Below, in pieces: positions 61,785 through 64,000 of a stretch of DNA of 64,000 nucleotides. Each line of letters opens with the position of its first letter. Positions within the stretch are counted from its first letter, which is position 1. The stretch lies in NCBI RefSeq assembly GCF_006345805.1, contig NC_042997.1, positions 166,036,001 to 166,100,000 of the forward strand. The letters run 5' to 3'. Both the position numbers and the translations under genes were made by a program. This DNA comes from Octopus sinensis. Taxonomy: Eukaryota. A model generated the notes under the pieces. It was not told where the DNA came from. It made no database searches and was given only the letters and a program-made list of their open reading frames with translations.

Positions 61785-64000
61785 GGTAAAATAATAAATA
61801 TTGAAGACATTGTACTCATTACGATTACCCTCACCCACATGTTAGCTGGTTTATATACAATGCCCTTCCAAATATGCAGTCGGACATATAAATATTATTA
61901 TGGTTCAAGTGAAGCTGAAGTGTCTGAACTGTTCATAATACCCACAAAACAATGTAATAAGTTCGTAGTTATATGCGAGAATTAATAACTCGGATCTAAT
62001 CTGCTGATAAAACTAGCTTCTTTATTTTAAAAGTTCTGCTCGTGATCTAATATAATTTGCAAGATTGGTGATTGTAGACCTCTCTTTGCCTACGGTTGAA
62101 TGGATTAGATGTTTTCACACGGTTTCTTGTTCCTATACCTAAGAAAATCTCTCAATACGATAAATGTAAAATTTATTGTGTTTGTAACTAAGACAAGCTA
62201 GGAGGCCATCTGGCCATCTGAGCAAGTAATTTAGTTGTATTTTCTGAACGTGCACCGAGTATTTCTTCTTCTTCTTCTTCTTCTTCTTCTTCTTCTTCTT
62301 CTTCTTCTTTCACTTTCACTTTCACTTTTCAGATAATAATCCTTAAAAGACTTTATTTTCTGCAATTCTTATGGGACACTACATTCTGAGACTGTACTTC
62401 ATGACGCTAAATCTTGCCACAACTTTGGCCTCTTACTGTACGTTACATATTTGCGTATAGATATATATTTTTTAATGCATATTTCATTGAAACATTTTTC
62501 CATTGAGATACCATCAAGGGATCTATTTTTTTTTTCATTTGCAAAATATGCATTTTTTAAAAGACAGTAAAAAATCTGTAAATCGGCCATAATAATGTAG
62601 CCTTCCAGTCTCATTGTTTTGAATGTATGATGTTGTAGAGAAACAAAATGGAGAAAAAAGTTACAGAGGTTTAAAAATCGAAATAACTATATTTTTAGCC
62701 AATAGCGAGACAGAAATTTTCTGCGTTTAGCAGAGCGGTGTCAACTTTAAGATTGTACGCTGTGGAATTTAGAGCCTGACCTGTTCATTGTAGGTTTCTA
62801 AATAAACAGAAATACCTAATAAAATCAACATGTGTCATCATACTGTTTCTTTTATCTCTTCACTGATTGTATGGTTTTATTATTTTTTTTAATTTCTTAT
62901 ATTAATATATTTGTCTGCATCTGTTTACTTTATGCGTATTTCAGTATTATGTATACCTGTCATGTATTTGTGTACATTATTAATATATTATAGGTGCATG
63001 TGGATGTATGTATTCATATATAAGTTTATATGTACATTTATGCATTCGTGTGTGTGTGAAGGGGATGCCTGTCTCCAAAACTACAAAGTAACGTATTCAA
63101 GCTTGGATTTGTAAACTACGATAAGAATAAATCTGGTCAAGAAAGAATTTGTCCCAAGAAAAAGGATACCTGTATCTCATATGTTTTTGCACGCAGAATT
63201 CAAAAATAATGTCAAATTATCTGTATCACATTCAATTTCTCTCTTCCACGATATCTCTCTCAGTTCCTGTTACGTGGGCTAAATTTCAGTTAAGCTGTTG
63301 AAATGTAAAAGCAACGGTTTAAGAAATACTCCTAATTTAAATTTTTATGAACAGAATTAACCTAGTGAAATCATAAATCCAGCTGAGTTTATGAGTCCCA
63401 AAAATATATGAAATAAGAAATATGTAAAAATGCTAACATACAGAAAAAAGCACAGAAAAATACTAACACACAGAAGCACAGAAAGATATGTAATATACTA
63501 TCCAACACACAGAAAAATTAAAACAAAACACGCGGGTGAAAAGTATCTTGTAGTGTGAAGAATTAAGTGGGAAAAATCAACATAGACCACAGCGGTACAG
63601 ACAGCAGTGAACCACAACACAGCGTGTGGTTAGCATGGTAACAAGCTGCTTATGCCATGCTGTCTGTTAATTGGCTCGATTTTCCCAAAATTTAATGCCA
63701 AATAACATCAGATTCTTTAATTTACGAGATAAAGTAATTGGTTGGTCGTAATCAAAATTCAGAGTCGCATCGATACACGAAAATTAAAAGCAATCTGAGC
63801 AAAATTAAGTGGGGCACATTTTGCAAATGAGAAAGACTTAGATCCTCATCAAGCCGCACATTGAGAAATAATGGACATCAGTATGCTATAGGAAGCAGCA
63901 ATATCTCTGGTCATGAGGTAAACTATTAAGTGAAAAAAGTAAAGAACAGCCTAGTCTGTGACATAAAAATACGGTAACAGAATATGTTGACGGTCATGGA

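Overview
AT-rich, repeat-dense eukaryotic genomic DNA, most likely an octopus (inferred from the SINE/LINE repertoire and the mollusc-type immune genes; not verified). The first 28 kb hold the last 21 coding exons (about 818 aa, all GT-AG and phase-consistent when joined by hand) of a + strand thioester-containing protein (TEP, alpha-2-macroglobulin family; automated pipelines would probably call it CD109-like). It has an intact GCGEQ thioester and a C3-type catalytic His, and it ends right after MG8 with no GPI/TM tail and no C345C domain. About 9.5 kb downstream, on the - strand, a complete fibrinogen-related domain (FReD) is encoded by one terminal exon, so the two genes converge tail to tail. 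The rest is transposon-derived: a near-intact R4/Dong-type LINE sitting in (AAT)n plus older copies, RTE, CR1, Tx1/L1 and Penelope-like remnants, mariner/Tc1, Merlin, hAT, piggyBac-like and Helentron-like elements, at least four tRNA-headed SINE families, and many microsatellites. The most unusual element lies between the two genes: a type I hammerhead-ribozyme-like motif (35885-35962, - strand) overlapped by a 65-bp inverted repeat, next to a 27-bp tandem repeat and a perfect 64-bp palindrome.
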